Assembly (NCBI GenBank): GCA_030704615.1
Contig: CM060732.1
Coordinates: 49,476,001-49,540,000 of the forward strand
DNA from: Takakia lepidozioides
Taxonomy: Eukaryota > Plantae > Bryophyta
Length of the DNA: 64,000 bases
Reading direction: 5' to 3'
Below are positions 37,520-50,055 of the stretch, one piece after another (position 1 is the first letter of the stretch; each line of letters begins with the position of its first letter). The notes under the pieces were generated by a model, which searched no databases, was not told the DNA's origin, and worked only from the letters and a program-made list of their open reading frames with translations. The translations under genes were made by a program, and so were the position numbers.

Positions 37520-37936
37520 CATGCTAGTTTTGTGTGGGCGGTTGTTTTTATAGGTGATTGGTCCGGATTTGATCACCGGCCAGTCCTAGAGCATGCTGTC
37601 GATGGTGAGTCTGGGGTGATGACCAGCCAGACCATCATTGTTTCTCCTGTGGTGAGGTTGGAGGTGATGACCAGCCAACCATAGGAGTGCTTGCGGTGGA
37701 TGCAGGTACAGGTGTAGGCTATGTTAGGAACTTAGTATTCCAAACCATAAGCCGCAACAGGTTCTCTAGCCGGTTACCTTGTGGAGAGGGGGTTATGGAC
37801 ATGTTCATGACCAGTTAAGTGTCAACATGGAGGTGCCACTAGTTGCTGGGGACAGTGCCGGTTCGAGCACTAGCGATACTAGTGGGTACACGAGATGAGG
37901 TGTGCGGTTTAGGCCACCTTCACCTCCCGTGTCTTC
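37520..37936 (+). mobile_element. Isolated internal fragment (leader plus gag start) of the DNMT-retrotransposon family
   Basis: Near-identical reverse complement of 54408-54823. Confidence 0.88.
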
Positions 37937-38189
37937 TCTTTTTTCTCTTTTTTTGTGTTCTTCAATATGTACGAAACACAAAAAATACAATCTATGGTAA
38001 AAGAGAAAATTGATAAGATATTGCATAATATTTTGGTGTTAACTTCCAATGCAAGATGGAGGACTCCTCGGTCAAAATAAGGCGGCCAACGGGCATCTAA
38101 GGGTTTAAAGTTTTCCCTTCAATAATTTTTAATAAAGTTCTCAAGGGCTACCTCCCCTTTCCAAAAAAAAAAAAAAAAAAGAGGCACAT

Positions 38190-38270
38190 CGGCTGGTAGC
38201 CAGTCAGCTGGTAAGTGCACAGTGTGTGTCGCTCTGGTGGTTCGGGGTTCGAACCCGCTGCCCTGCCCCG
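38190..38270 (+). other. tRNA-derived SINE-like head
   Basis: B-box GGTTCGAACCC with a weak upstream A-box; no convincing cloverleaf. Confidence 0.35.
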
Positions 38271-38289
38271 TATGTGGGATTATTCATGA

Positions 38290-38530
38290 CGGTATGTTTG
38301 GGCGTTGACTGTCCTGTAAGTCTCATGGCCCATAAATGAAAGGGGGTTAATTTTTACCACCCATTTATAACCAATGACATCTCCAACCAGTTTATCCGAC
38401 GTTTCCAAGTTTCTTGCCCCAGCACAGATGGAAATATCATTAGTCCGAAGAACTTGTCCCATTTCGAGTTGTTTCCTTTGGTTGGTCAGCCCGGAGAAGT
38501 TGAAAGTGGCCAGCCGCAAGCCAGCCCTTT
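38290..38530 (-). mobile_element. LINE ORF2 endonuclease (APE) fragment
   Basis: LRLATFNFSGL...DISICAG(QETW) matches the N-terminal EEP motifs. Confidence 0.65.
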
Positions 38531-39341
38531 GCATGTGAATTGTTTGTCGTCTAGGTAGCTTAAGATTGCTCCTGGACAGCCAACCCTTACCCCGTGTATA
38601 GATTTTGCTCGTCTTGTGTAAACTCTGAGAATTGGTAAACCATTCAGAGTACCAAATCCTTCAGTTACACGATGTTCAGACTCCACACACATAGGGACAA
38701 GTTCCTCAAAGGCCTGAATTGTGGGCTGTCATGGTTTCTTATATATATATATTCCCCATTTTTCTGAACATTGTTTTTTTTTTCTCTCTCATTTTCTCTG
38801 AGCATTGTTTTCCAAAGTCATCACTAGTAATGTGGAGCAATGCGAAGTCAGTATGTATGTACAGAAAATAGAACCAACTTAATCAAGAAACCATAGGTCT
38901 ACCCCCTGGTAGCTGAGTGCCCACTCAGGTGAGTCTGGTTCTATGGGATGTGGTGTAAACTTCTTCCCCTTCCCTTGGGCAGTGTCCCATTGTGCCGGGG
39001 CTTCACAGTAAATCGTCAGACACTGATGAACCTGAGGTTATTATGAAAGAGGTTATTTTTTCCTCTCACTATAATTAACGGGCCTGATTTGTGATTGAAC
39101 GGTCGCTTGAGTGTTTCCTTTTGAAAGAAAACAAACAATACAAAAGAACAAACAACCTCAAATTCTGTTGGTAAAGTTTTTCTTGGGTGGGGTAAAGTTT
39201 TTGACAGAAAAAAGAAAATTAACCCTGCAGAAATGAGGACTCAATCGTATGAGTAAATTGGTCAGCCTTAATACTTAATACTTAATACTTAGTACTTTAT
39301 ACCTATCCGTGTCTGTAGAGACCAGCAAGAGAGTGTGGGCG

Positions 39342-42300
39342 ATGGCGGATGGCTCTCTCGCTGCACACCGTCTTGCTGGCGCCATCGCTCAGCCCGCCCG
39401 CAAGCTCGCGCAGCTGTGGGGCCACTGTCAGGTGTGGCCAGTGATCACCAGCTCTTCGCACCCATCGCATCATCTGCACAAGTCTCCGCACTCTCCATCC
39501 TCTCCAACCTCCGTATCCACCCGATCTCTCGGTGCCTCGCGCTCCGGTAGGCGTGCCCTCCCGCTTCGAGCCCTTTTGGCGCTCTCCGTAGCTGCCGCGC
39601 TCGTTTTCCTGAGGAGGTGCGTGTTTGGATGGTTTGGATTTGTGGGTGAGTGAAAATTGGAGTGCAGACACAACCATGCCGACACTTTTGTTTCCCTATG
39701 TGCCCAATTTGGTAGAATCTGGAATTGGGCAACGTGAAGCTGTACTGAGGTGTGTTTCATGAATTTGAGGAATCTATGCTTACTTATGAAGCTTCCACTT
39801 TGGAATCCATACATATCATGTAAATGCGAATGTTTCAATGTTCTTCTGAAAAGATTAGAGAGTTCTAAACTGGATGCCTCAGAGGTAACACATTCTCAGC
39901 TAATGGTTGTTGTAAATGTCAGGAGGCGAAACTTGCAACAATTGAAAGCTCAAGGATCTATGGCATTCCAAGAAGATGAGTCAATGATTCCCAAGCTGAA
40001 GAAAATTGACACACATTTGCATGTCTGGGCATCCCCTGAAGAGGTGACACAGATAGGCTGCATTTATCTTGGCCAGGATTGCTTTGTCAATTGTCTATAA
40101 TATATAAGCATGTCATACCTAAACGAGTTTGAATTGAGGGTATTATTCTACCATCAGTTCTTCACGCGAGAAGGGGTGCTCATTTCCTGGTGAACAAAGT
40201 TATCTATCTACAAGTGCACATAATGCTAATCTTCAATCTCACTGAAAAGCTGATAAGACTTGCTAATATATCTGCGGTTTGCGCCAATCACTGATGGTCA
40301 AGAATATAGCTTCTGAATAGAAAACAATACCGATGTACCAAGCCCACAGCCACTTAGAGCTGCCAATCGCGGTACATGAGGCTTGACTTAGCTCATGTGG
40401 AAAAATTGGAAAGCCCATCCCCTCAAGCACACAGTACTCCCCACTTTGGTACCTCTAGAGATGATTATGTGGTCTCTTTGCATAGAGCCCAAGCGACACG
40501 TTGGAAGGTCTTTGTTACCCAACTAGGCATCTTACCTTCATTGAGTCATGCCTTCGTGATTGTAACTGGTGGCTTGTTGTTCTTAGGCAAAGAAGTACCC
40601 GTACTTTCCTGGCCAGGAGCCGACCACACCAGGACGTGCTGAAGATCTGTTGAAAGTAATACTACTCAACCTCTCGTCATTCCAATGCTTGCATTAATTG
40701 TGCTCATTTTGCCTTTCTGACTTTCAGGTTCTTGGTTCTTGATTGCTCCAGTATGTCAATGACTCATTTCTTACAGTCTTTTTATTTTAATCCCTGAATG
40801 TTTCACTAAACCATCTCAGAATTCTATTCCAAAAAAACTAGACTTGACCACAATAGAAGCTCCCCCACCTCCTACCTGAGACATCCTCTCTGGGTTTATT
40901 TTAACTTCATGGATTTTGTGGCTTTGAGAGATTTGATCCACTGATCTCTGTGGGCAAGCCTGCCCTATTGTTTGGATCACATGAGCTGAGTACATGGCAC
41001 CTGTGCTTCTTTATTCAAAGGATCTCAATAAAATTGTTCCTTGATAAAAGTGTAGCAGCTCATGGCACTATTTTAGCTTGTTGGGGGCAGTTTAGAGAGG
41101 CTGAATGCCAGACTATCTCCTGAGCCTAAAGGATCTCAATAACATTAGCCAGCCTGCACCTGCCACCCAGCAAATTGTCTGCACTGAGCTTTAAGGAAGT
41201 TCTTACTCATTCATATCTTCACATCTGAGAGGTCGCTGAGGTAATTGTCCATGTCGATGACAGAACAGATGTATATTTGGGCCTGCCATACTCAGTTTTG
41301 GGCTTGCCGTACTCCTGGTTGCGTGGTGATGTCAACTCCAGTCATGGATTAAAAAAAGTGCTGATATTGTTTGACAGTGCATGGCAGAGGCAGGTGTTGA
41401 TGGTGCTCTGATAGTGCAACCTATCAATCACAAGTTTGATCATTCGTATGTCTCAAGGTCTGTGGGACAGGCTATGTGACAAACCCTGAGAGAATAATTA
41501 TTGCTCTAATTGAGTCATGTATAATTATGGTCAGCACTTAGAAGTCATCCCTTGCCACTCACTGGAGTCTCTTTCTGCCTTCCTGCTTATAGCTGTCCCT
41601 TGCATCTAGTAGATCCATTTCCACGTAGAGACTTTTCAGCACAGTCTTTCAACTTTGATGGCTCAAGTGCCTGGCAGCCTTCGTGCAAGAGGCACATTTG
41701 GTCATTGGGTGTCATTAAATGTTTCTTGAATGGTTTTCTGCTGCATCCACACAGGGCAGAGCCTCTGTGATCACAAGCCAGTACAGTCTTAAGATCAGAG
41801 TTCTTGTGCTTCTCTGCTCTGTAAAAAAGGGTTGACTCCTGCCCAAGCAACGGGAATTATGGCTTCACTTCACCCCCAAAGGACAGTAGCCCTTCCATTT
41901 GGAAGGTGGACACCTTTCTGCTCTGCATGTCTAGTTGACTTTATTTCCTTTCTGCAGTGTGTTGGAAAGATATCCCAGCAAGTTTGTTGGTTGCTGCCTG
42001 GCTGACCCAACTGAAGGAGGAGGAGGTGTGAAAGAACTGGTGCGCCTTGTTGTTGAGGTATTCTTCTGAGGAAATTTGCTCTTCTGCAGTTCTTTGGTGG
42101 TGACTAAATCTGCTCAGTAATGACTTTCTCTGCAGATTCTTACGAATTGATCCCTGCATGGCCTCATGTCTCAGAATTCTCTATCTGCCATCAATCGAGA
42201 AAGGGATGTTGCCACTATAACATAGGCAAGAGTGAAATTTGAGAGATGATTCGTCCATTATGGACTGATTGCAGTGTGTGGCCATAGAGTTGAGACAGAC

Positions 42301-44885
42301 ACAGAGCCTGAGAGATCAAATTCAAGTTCGTGTGAAGCGTGGCAGTTGTTTACAGGTGCTGATGCCTAGCTTTTTCCATGAGGAGAAAATTGCACTCAAT
42401 AAACTGTGTTGGGGTTGGCATGTTTGTAGCCAAGTGATCTGTCAAGGGTAAAGGACTCAGAATCTTTTTGAATGCTGCAGGAGGGATATAAAGCTGTGAG
42501 GTTCAATCCATATCTCTGGCCTTCTGGCCAAAAGGTGATTCTTTTATCATGGTCACTTTCTTTCACAACATTATTTATATGGTTGTAGGTGTATATGTGA
42601 TTGTGTGGGGGTACTTCACTTCAGAGTCTTCCTTCAGCTTCCTTCAGATTTGGGAGATTTCTACAAAGATGTACCCCTTGGCCTATCCTTTGAGCCCGTG
42701 GACTTTGAAGCGTTCTCCTCACAGAATTCCCCAGGGTACGAAAACCTATCCTAGCTGTCACTTTCAGTGGATGGCAGTAAAGTAAAAGAGGTGTGAATGT
42801 TTGGTTTTAGGTTGGGAGCTGACATCTAAGTCATAGCATGCTGTTGACCAGCCTGCTACTTGGACCTCTCCTTTCACCCAGATGTCACGCATGTTTAATT
42901 GCACTGGCAGTCTCACTTGAGATGAAAGAAGAAACAGAAAGAAATTGTATGAGGTTCACAGGAACTGGAACGTCTCTGATAGGGAACAGCTTTGGTGATG
43001 GAACAGATGACCAATGAAATGGGCAAAGCCATGTTTGCTAAGGCTGGAGATCTTGGTGTTCCTGTGGGCTTCATGTGCTTCAAGGTACTGACATGCATGC
43101 ACCTTACAAGGCCATTGCATGCAATGTGCTGGTGAATCTGAATGAGAATAAACTGGGAGTCAGTGGGAGAGTGTTGCTTACTATTTTGTTTCTTGTGCAG
43201 GGGCTCCTATTGCACATTGAAGACATTGAGGAGTTGTGCACCGAGTTCCCTGCGACAACCGTACTGATGGACCACCTGGGCTTCTGCAAGCCACCCATGT
43301 GAGCAGTCGTTCTTTGATTCATGTCTCCCATGATGGTTTCCCATTCCTGTGATGATTTTAGCCCTCTCTTCAGTGACTAGCCATTGCGAGTGAGCGGTCT
43401 GTCGTCAACTTTGGCGGGCTGTAATGGCAACTTTTGGTGACCAAGAGCAAATACTTCCTTCTTATCAGATATAGATTGCGTATGGAACCAACTTCTCAGC
43501 TTACTTCTGGCACTGAATCAAGGGGCCACAGTTGTGCTATTTTCCTTACCCTCTCCTACACCACCCACCTGCCCTTTTTGTCCTACCCCACTCTTGTCTG
43601 CTCCATCTTAACTGGTCCTGGGGTCATTGGCCTCATGGTCGCAGCGACCTGAGGTTATCTGTGGGTTGAGTTCAGCTGCTTGTTTGGGATGGTTATTGCA
43701 GGAATGGTGAGGAAGCAGAAGCATGGACACGACTCTTAAACCTTTCCCGGTTTCCACAGGTGCTTATGATGGCCGGATGATGCCTATAATTAAGCCTATG
43801 ATGTTCCGGTGAAACTGATATACAGCCATTCTAAGCTGAAGGGGTGCCTGACAAGGTCAATCATGACTGAATTGGTCAAATTTTATGTTCCTCCAAGTTC
43901 ACCTAGAAATTGACAAAGTTAAAAGTGCGTTGGGACTCAGATCCCTATGCATGACTTGTGGAACAGTAGCACTGTTGCTGTACACTTTATCAAGTCTAAT
44001 TGACAGATATGGTGCAGTTTTCACATTGCCCATGAAACATACAGCATTCTGTAATTTAGAACAATAGCTGTCTTCTAATTACAGATCTTTCCTTCCAGGT
44101 CTATGTTAAGACGAGTGCTTTTTTCCGCGTCTCAAGGGACCCTTATCCATACAAGGACACCTGGCCTCTTGTCAAGCAGCTGTTAGAAGCTTATGGTGCT
44201 GACCACCTCATGTGGGGCAGGTACTCCCTTACCCTCCAGTCTTGTTTTCTCACGGTCAATGACCTTTAATTGGTGATTCAGCAGTTGCTACTTTCTGTAC
44301 TGTTACCAGTGCACATTAGGCAAATTTCAAAGGGTGGATTCTCTAGGTTGTGAGTATGCTACACAATATTGGAACCTGCAACCTGGGCTTTGCGGTCAGG
44401 ATGGCAAAATTGCAGAGACCAGGGTTGGTCAGGGGGATGCCTAGGCTTGTCATTAGAGGAGAGAATCATCATCTGTTCTAAATTCAGTGCATGTGGGGAG
44501 GAGGTTTAAAAGAACAAATAATATTGACATCTATCTATTTGGATAATGCATCATCCAGGATCTTAACTCTTCTTCCTTGTCTCTACCAAGTCTAACTTGT
44601 TTATATATGGGCAAATGGTTCCATTGCATATGGGTTTACTTGAACTACACACATCTGACTATTTGCATGTATTCTTTGGGCAGCGACTTTCCATTTGTAA
44701 CAGCTGAGTGTGGGTATGCCAATGCCTGGCGGGTGCTGCCATCTGTGGGCTCACCTGAAGCTTTCTTTTCAGAGCGGGAGGTTGAAGCCCTTATGGGCGG
44801 CACTGCTCTCTCTGTCTTCAAGGGTGGTTGGAGAAAAAGGGCTTCTGGTATAAGTCAACTGGATTTCAATGCCGCACAGCATTAG
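39342..44885 (+). CDS. Amidohydrolase family protein (multi-exon, possible transit peptide)
   Basis: Exons with GT-AG borders encode IDTHLHVW, YPYFPGQEPT, AGVDGALIVQP, KFVGCCLA, AVRFNPYLW, LGVPVGFMCFK, LMDHLGF, VYVKTSAFFRVS and LMWGSDFPFV. Exon 1 boundaries are less certain. Confidence 0.88.
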
Positions 44886-45934
44886 CAGCTCAATTATGTG
44901 TCCCAGAACGGAGGTGTTCAGAAAGTTAGAGAGCTGAGAGCTTGCCATTTAAATCAGTGACCTGTCCCCATGTGTACATCATTTTTTGTTCGTAGCTTTT
45001 TAGTGGTGGATTCATGTTGTAGTTTTATCCTTGTCATACCACTCCGAACTACTTTAATTGCTAAGCAAATCCAACTTAATACATGGATCCATTGGAGGGC
45101 AAATTGGAGGGCAAGTCTTCTTAGTGGCATGTTGAACCAGAAAGGAAGTAGTGTCCTATGCAGCTCCTCTAGGACTCCAAAACAGATGTTGTCATGTCCA
45201 GCATCACAAGGCTTCATTATTCTGTATCTAATTATCCGCAATACCAATGGTTTTCCAAGTTCAGATCCTGAAAGCTCCCAAAAAAACCTTGGAGGAAAAG
45301 ACAGTAGTTTGTTTCCCCTATGGGATGATTTACCATACCTTCTTTGTGGTATATGATTACAAGGTAGCTGCAAATGCTTATGAAGCATGTTGGAGCAATT
45401 CACATGATACTTAGGCAATAGAAACTGGGTAAGGGTGAGGCAGTCGGATGCCCGGCATCAAGCAGGTGACAACACAAGTACCCTAAAAAACCTAGCAGCC
45501 ATTGTGCGATTGAAGGAAGGTTAAGATCCAGCCCTCACACAGCAGATTCCTTATTTGAACTGATGGCAGAACAAGTAGTTGAGAAACCTCAAAAACTTAG
45601 GCTGGGTTTAGACTGCGCCGAAACGAGCGGCTAAAATGCGATGGTGGTCAATGATTAGACGAATTTCAGGTGAACTTCAATTTAAAACGAAGAGTGAGGT
45701 TGATTCGAGCACTGCAGCTGTCTTGTAGTTTCTGTGGTTGCCTGAGAACCCTTCCATGAGGAATGTTTATAATTTGGACTCAGTAGGGTGAATATGAGAT
45801 GTTAGATGAGGGAGACAAAGAATGGAGTGAACTTACAAATGGACGTGGTGTGCTAAGCAAGATGGGCATTTTTTGGTTGGGTGTCTCCAGTATGAGACAA
45901 GCAGATACCACGCAGCCAGTTTAATTCGTGGTGG

Positions 45935-46545
45935 CTACACACCCCAACTTATCAAGCCTACACTGTGGACGGGATGTACATCTCTTTGATCTTGGATGCA
46001 GTGGGGGCTGTGAAGAGCGCTCGCAGTGCTGCGGTTGTGTTGCGCAGCCTCACACCCAATGCTCAGGGTGTTTTTCGAACTCTTGCAGATTTCCAGCTTG
46101 CCCACCATGACGAACAAGGCACCGCCCTTCCTATAGCTTTATGGGAATTCAATTATGTGGGCTGCTTCTGACATCCAGACGACAGTACACTGTCTGGTGT
46201 TCACATGGCATGTTTGCAAAGGGTGTCAGATTCCATTTCTACAATCTGACACCAGAAAGGCATACCCATGCTCTGTACCTTAGACACACATGGAGCAATT
46301 TGACTGGAAAATGAATTCAGAAACGAAACTCCCCCAATTGAGTTAACTTTCAGGATGGGAAAGATGAATACAAGAATGACTGCATAGATTGCAAGGATGT
46401 CAAATACTGGATTGGTGATGTCAGACGCAGGCCTGCCATTGCACCGCTTGTACATAGCATGCAAGGAACAGTTTTTGTTCAGGGGTGAGGTGACTCCACG
46501 CACTCACTTGACTGAATTCAAAGACCATAACCTGCTCTGGGGTCA
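45935..46545 (+). pseudogene. ORC2: ORC2 C-terminal fragment (two exons)
   Basis: VLRSLTPNAQGVFRTLADFQL...G / LY..CKEQFL...THLTEFKDH. No upstream exons are visible. Confidence 0.75.
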
Positions 46546-46876
46546 ACGAGGCGTAGAGTTTTGTTTGTTGAGTTTTTACAAAACCCTGAGTGTGATCCTG
46601 CAATATTGTACCGTCCCTAATATATAAGTAAAAACAACCAAGTCCCAGTTAGAACCAGTGAGCACGTTCATGGCTGTTACATAATTTGTGCCGCGAAACT
46701 CTCAAGTGACATTCCTGTTGTTTAGAATGAAAGGAATCTTTATGATTTTAAGCTATGGTGGTGTTTGAGTTCTTCAGTACAGATAGATCATTCTATAGTT
46801 ATCATCATGTATGAGAAATAGTGATCCAAGACCCCCAAAACGATGTGACTGTGTATGTGACATGTATAGGCTGCAG

Positions 46877-49147
46877 TCAGGAATGCACCAAGGGGGCTGC
46901 AATCGTGATTATTTGAGTATCCAGCGTGAACGTCTCCTTCTCGGTTGCTGGACGGAGTAAAAACGTTTTGAACCTCCTTTGCCTCACAAATGCTGTGTGT
47001 AATGTCAAGCGAACATCCCACTTCATTTCAGTTTCAAATTCCACTTTTGCTATTGGCACTTCCCATGTTGCATCTGCATGCGGATTGTTAAGCTGCACGC
47101 TCTTCGGGTTGACTGGGAGCTTGGGTAAGTGTCCCCATGATACTCTGTCGGGTCTTTCAGGGCGAAAGCTCTGTCCGTCTTCCCATAGTGAAATCCTCCA
47201 AGTCCAGGTGACAGATTTCGAGTCGAGGGGGTCCACTGTTGCAGCCGTCCAGCCATGTTTGTAGAAATCTTGAGAAACCGCAGAAGAGACGCTGGCCGAA
47301 ATTTGAGCACTTGATCTAGGGTCGAAGGAGACCCCCACTGTTTGTGATCTCTATGCATTCAGACACATGGAAATATTCATGAGCAGACAGAACAACACTC
47401 AAGACATATCTGAAGTTGACCTAATCTGGGGAAAACCATATGCTGGGAAGGTGCTGGACAACATTAGAGCCCACACTTGAGGCACTGCTTAAAGTTAGGC
47501 TCCAATAGCATGTTCAGAGCTGGCCATCCTCCCACGAAAGTAGCAGTGAGTAAATCTAAGTTTCTTGACATGCGCCGGAGAGCATGTAAGAACTCCACAT
47601 AATTTTAAATCATAATTTGTCCAGATCTCACTTGGGATCATACCTGCTTGTTAACAACATCTTGGCAGGCGTCATCTGCAGGGTTGGCGAACATGTGGTC
47701 GACTCTGTTCCTCCACTGTTCTGAGGGCTTCACAGTCACATCAAGCTGGTAAATGAAGTGGCCTCTATTGTTCTTGTCGTCGACGCAATTATAAATCCCG
47801 AACTGAACATTGAACAGTTGTAGCTTTAGTGAGGCTCGGCTTCCGGAAGTGTTTCTGTTGTGAACAATTCACCCAGGCTGGAAAATTAATACTTACAATC
47901 CTGATGTACAAGAATTTGACACATGTTCTAGTAGTGCATTACAGTTCTGTGGAGAAGAATCACCTGTCACAAGAAGTTTCGAACTTCACAGCAGCATAAG
48001 CCTTTTGATCATCCATTCCTGGCACCTTCCACTGAGATTCCATAACACAATCATGAGCCATGCTCATGGGAGGCTCTAACTTTTCCAGCTGGGCACTGCA
48101 GAGGTACCTTTGGCCGCTTGAGAATCGCCAACTTGGTATCCGACCCTTGATCGTACACTCCTCCTTCTAAGAATTTACAAAGGAAAGTTTCAGCTACACC
48201 CCCCTACGACTTGACAAAGACACTTGTAGAGTGTGCCTTTCGGTAAAACAATATTTTTTAATGTGGGTTAAACGAAGTGTTTCCACTGTGTTTGAACCCT
48301 GTTCCAAGCCTTCTTTCAGAAAACTGCAAACAAACTGAACCTCCAGCCACTGAAAGGGGCATATCAAGTAGAATACTAACATCCATAGAAACTGACCCTA
48401 TAGAAAGTGAGCTAAGTTGGACCCCTGCCACCTCAAAATGTTTCGGATAAATCCACCCTAGACATTGGTAGATTATAACGATTTGGCGGAAAACCCCAGC
48501 AGTTTTTGAGGGGCACAAATGTGGGTTTTCTTATCAAAATTTCTAACAGACAAGTTGCTTTTTGGGAGCACATTCTTCACTGGCAGATAACCCACCTCGA
48601 TGCTGTCACGGCCTTCTCCTTCTCCAACAAGCAGCGGCTCCGCCTCATGACACAGCTCCTCGAATTCACTGGCAGACGCACTGCTCGACTCAGGGCTCGA
48701 CACAGACTCCGCCTCATGAGACAGATGATACTGTTGATTGCCTTGACACATCCAGTGCAGTGAGCCAATGAAGCCATCCCAAAAAACTTGTGCACAGCTG
48801 CACCTGAAGAAAGTTTGATCCGCAAATTCAATGGCAGACGCAATGCTCGCGGGAGACTCAGGGCTCGACACAGACTCGCGCTCTTCCTCTTCCTCGACTA
48901 ATACGATCGTTCCTTCGCTGCCCAAGAACTCAGAACCTGTTGCGGTTTCTGAGTTGCCATGAAAGTGGAGAACTACTTCGTTGTCGGTAGATTCCACTAC
49001 AGTGAACCCCAGCTTCTTCCATCTCTCAACTTGTGCTTCACCATCGTCTGAGGTATTCAAGATGATCTCATCTCCAACAGTGAAAGCCAAGGTTGGTGGG
49101 GTGTCAGATCCAACCATTGGAATCTGACAATTCAAGGAACATTTCAC
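46877..49147 (-). CDS. Unknown multi-exon protein (acidic N-terminus, beta-rich C-terminus)
   Basis: Coding-like exons at about 48510-49147, 47965-48170, 47644-47830 and 46877-47345; exon chain not fully resolved. Confidence 0.5.
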
Positions 49148-50055
49148 GAGTAATTAGTGAAGATGCTACAAAAGCTGTACATGGCGCTGAGTTGACTACC
49201 TTGGGTCACTATGTGCATCTTAGGAATGTGAGTGTGAGCTCGAGTATTTTGAGAAATGGTTTCTACCGTCTTCAAAGAATCTAGCACCAATCTACAATAA
49301 CATCGTCGACACTGAAATTGCACACTTCGACCGACATCGCAAGGATGTTACCTCCCTATTCGATGCATGAGGCTCCATGGAACCTCTTCCAGCTCTGAAT
49401 TTAATCTCCTTTAGCACGCTCTGCGGCGTTCAACCCCAAGTGTGTGGACCTCGTGCACGCACTTCCTTCTCAAACCCGTACCATCAGCTGTGCATTGCCA
49501 TACGGAGACATTGTCAAAGCTTCAACCTTAGCGACCTCATCTACGTCTGTTTGCACGGAAATTGAATCGCCTATACCCTACTCGGAAGCAGTACAGGACC
49601 CAAACACAACCCCCCTCCCTCTCCCTCTCCCTCTCCCTCTCTGTAACTTCACTTGGGGTTACACGACGGGGTGTGTAACTCCACTCAGGGTTACAAAAAA
49701 GTGCATATCTATGCAGAAGCAGTTACCCCCTAACTTACAAGCCCAACTTGGAAAGGGAAGGAAGTTGATTGCATCTGTAGAACGAGTGCAGCCCATCCCC
49801 ATCATTTCCACCCACAAGTTCATGCTACTGAAACATGTAAGGCAGGATGAATCAGGCTCAGCGAAGAACGGCATCGCGGGACAAGTTTGAGGCCTCGTCT
49901 GTTTTGCAAATACACTGGGAGAGGTTGTTGGTTTGGAGCGTAGCGTGGGTGTGAATGCAAAGTCTCTTGTTGCTATCCTCGAAATGGTCTAGTTCGGGAG
50001 ACAGCGAGAGGAAGAGAGGTGGAGAAGATATAGCACTCCGCAGGAACAGTAAAGG

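Noticed and set aside
38080-38110. piggyBac-like terminus (...CTAAGGGTTTAA)
   Set aside because: No matching opposite end found in the window.
38190-38270. Functional tRNA gene
   Set aside because: B-box present but no consistent acceptor and anticodon stems; kept only as SINE-like.
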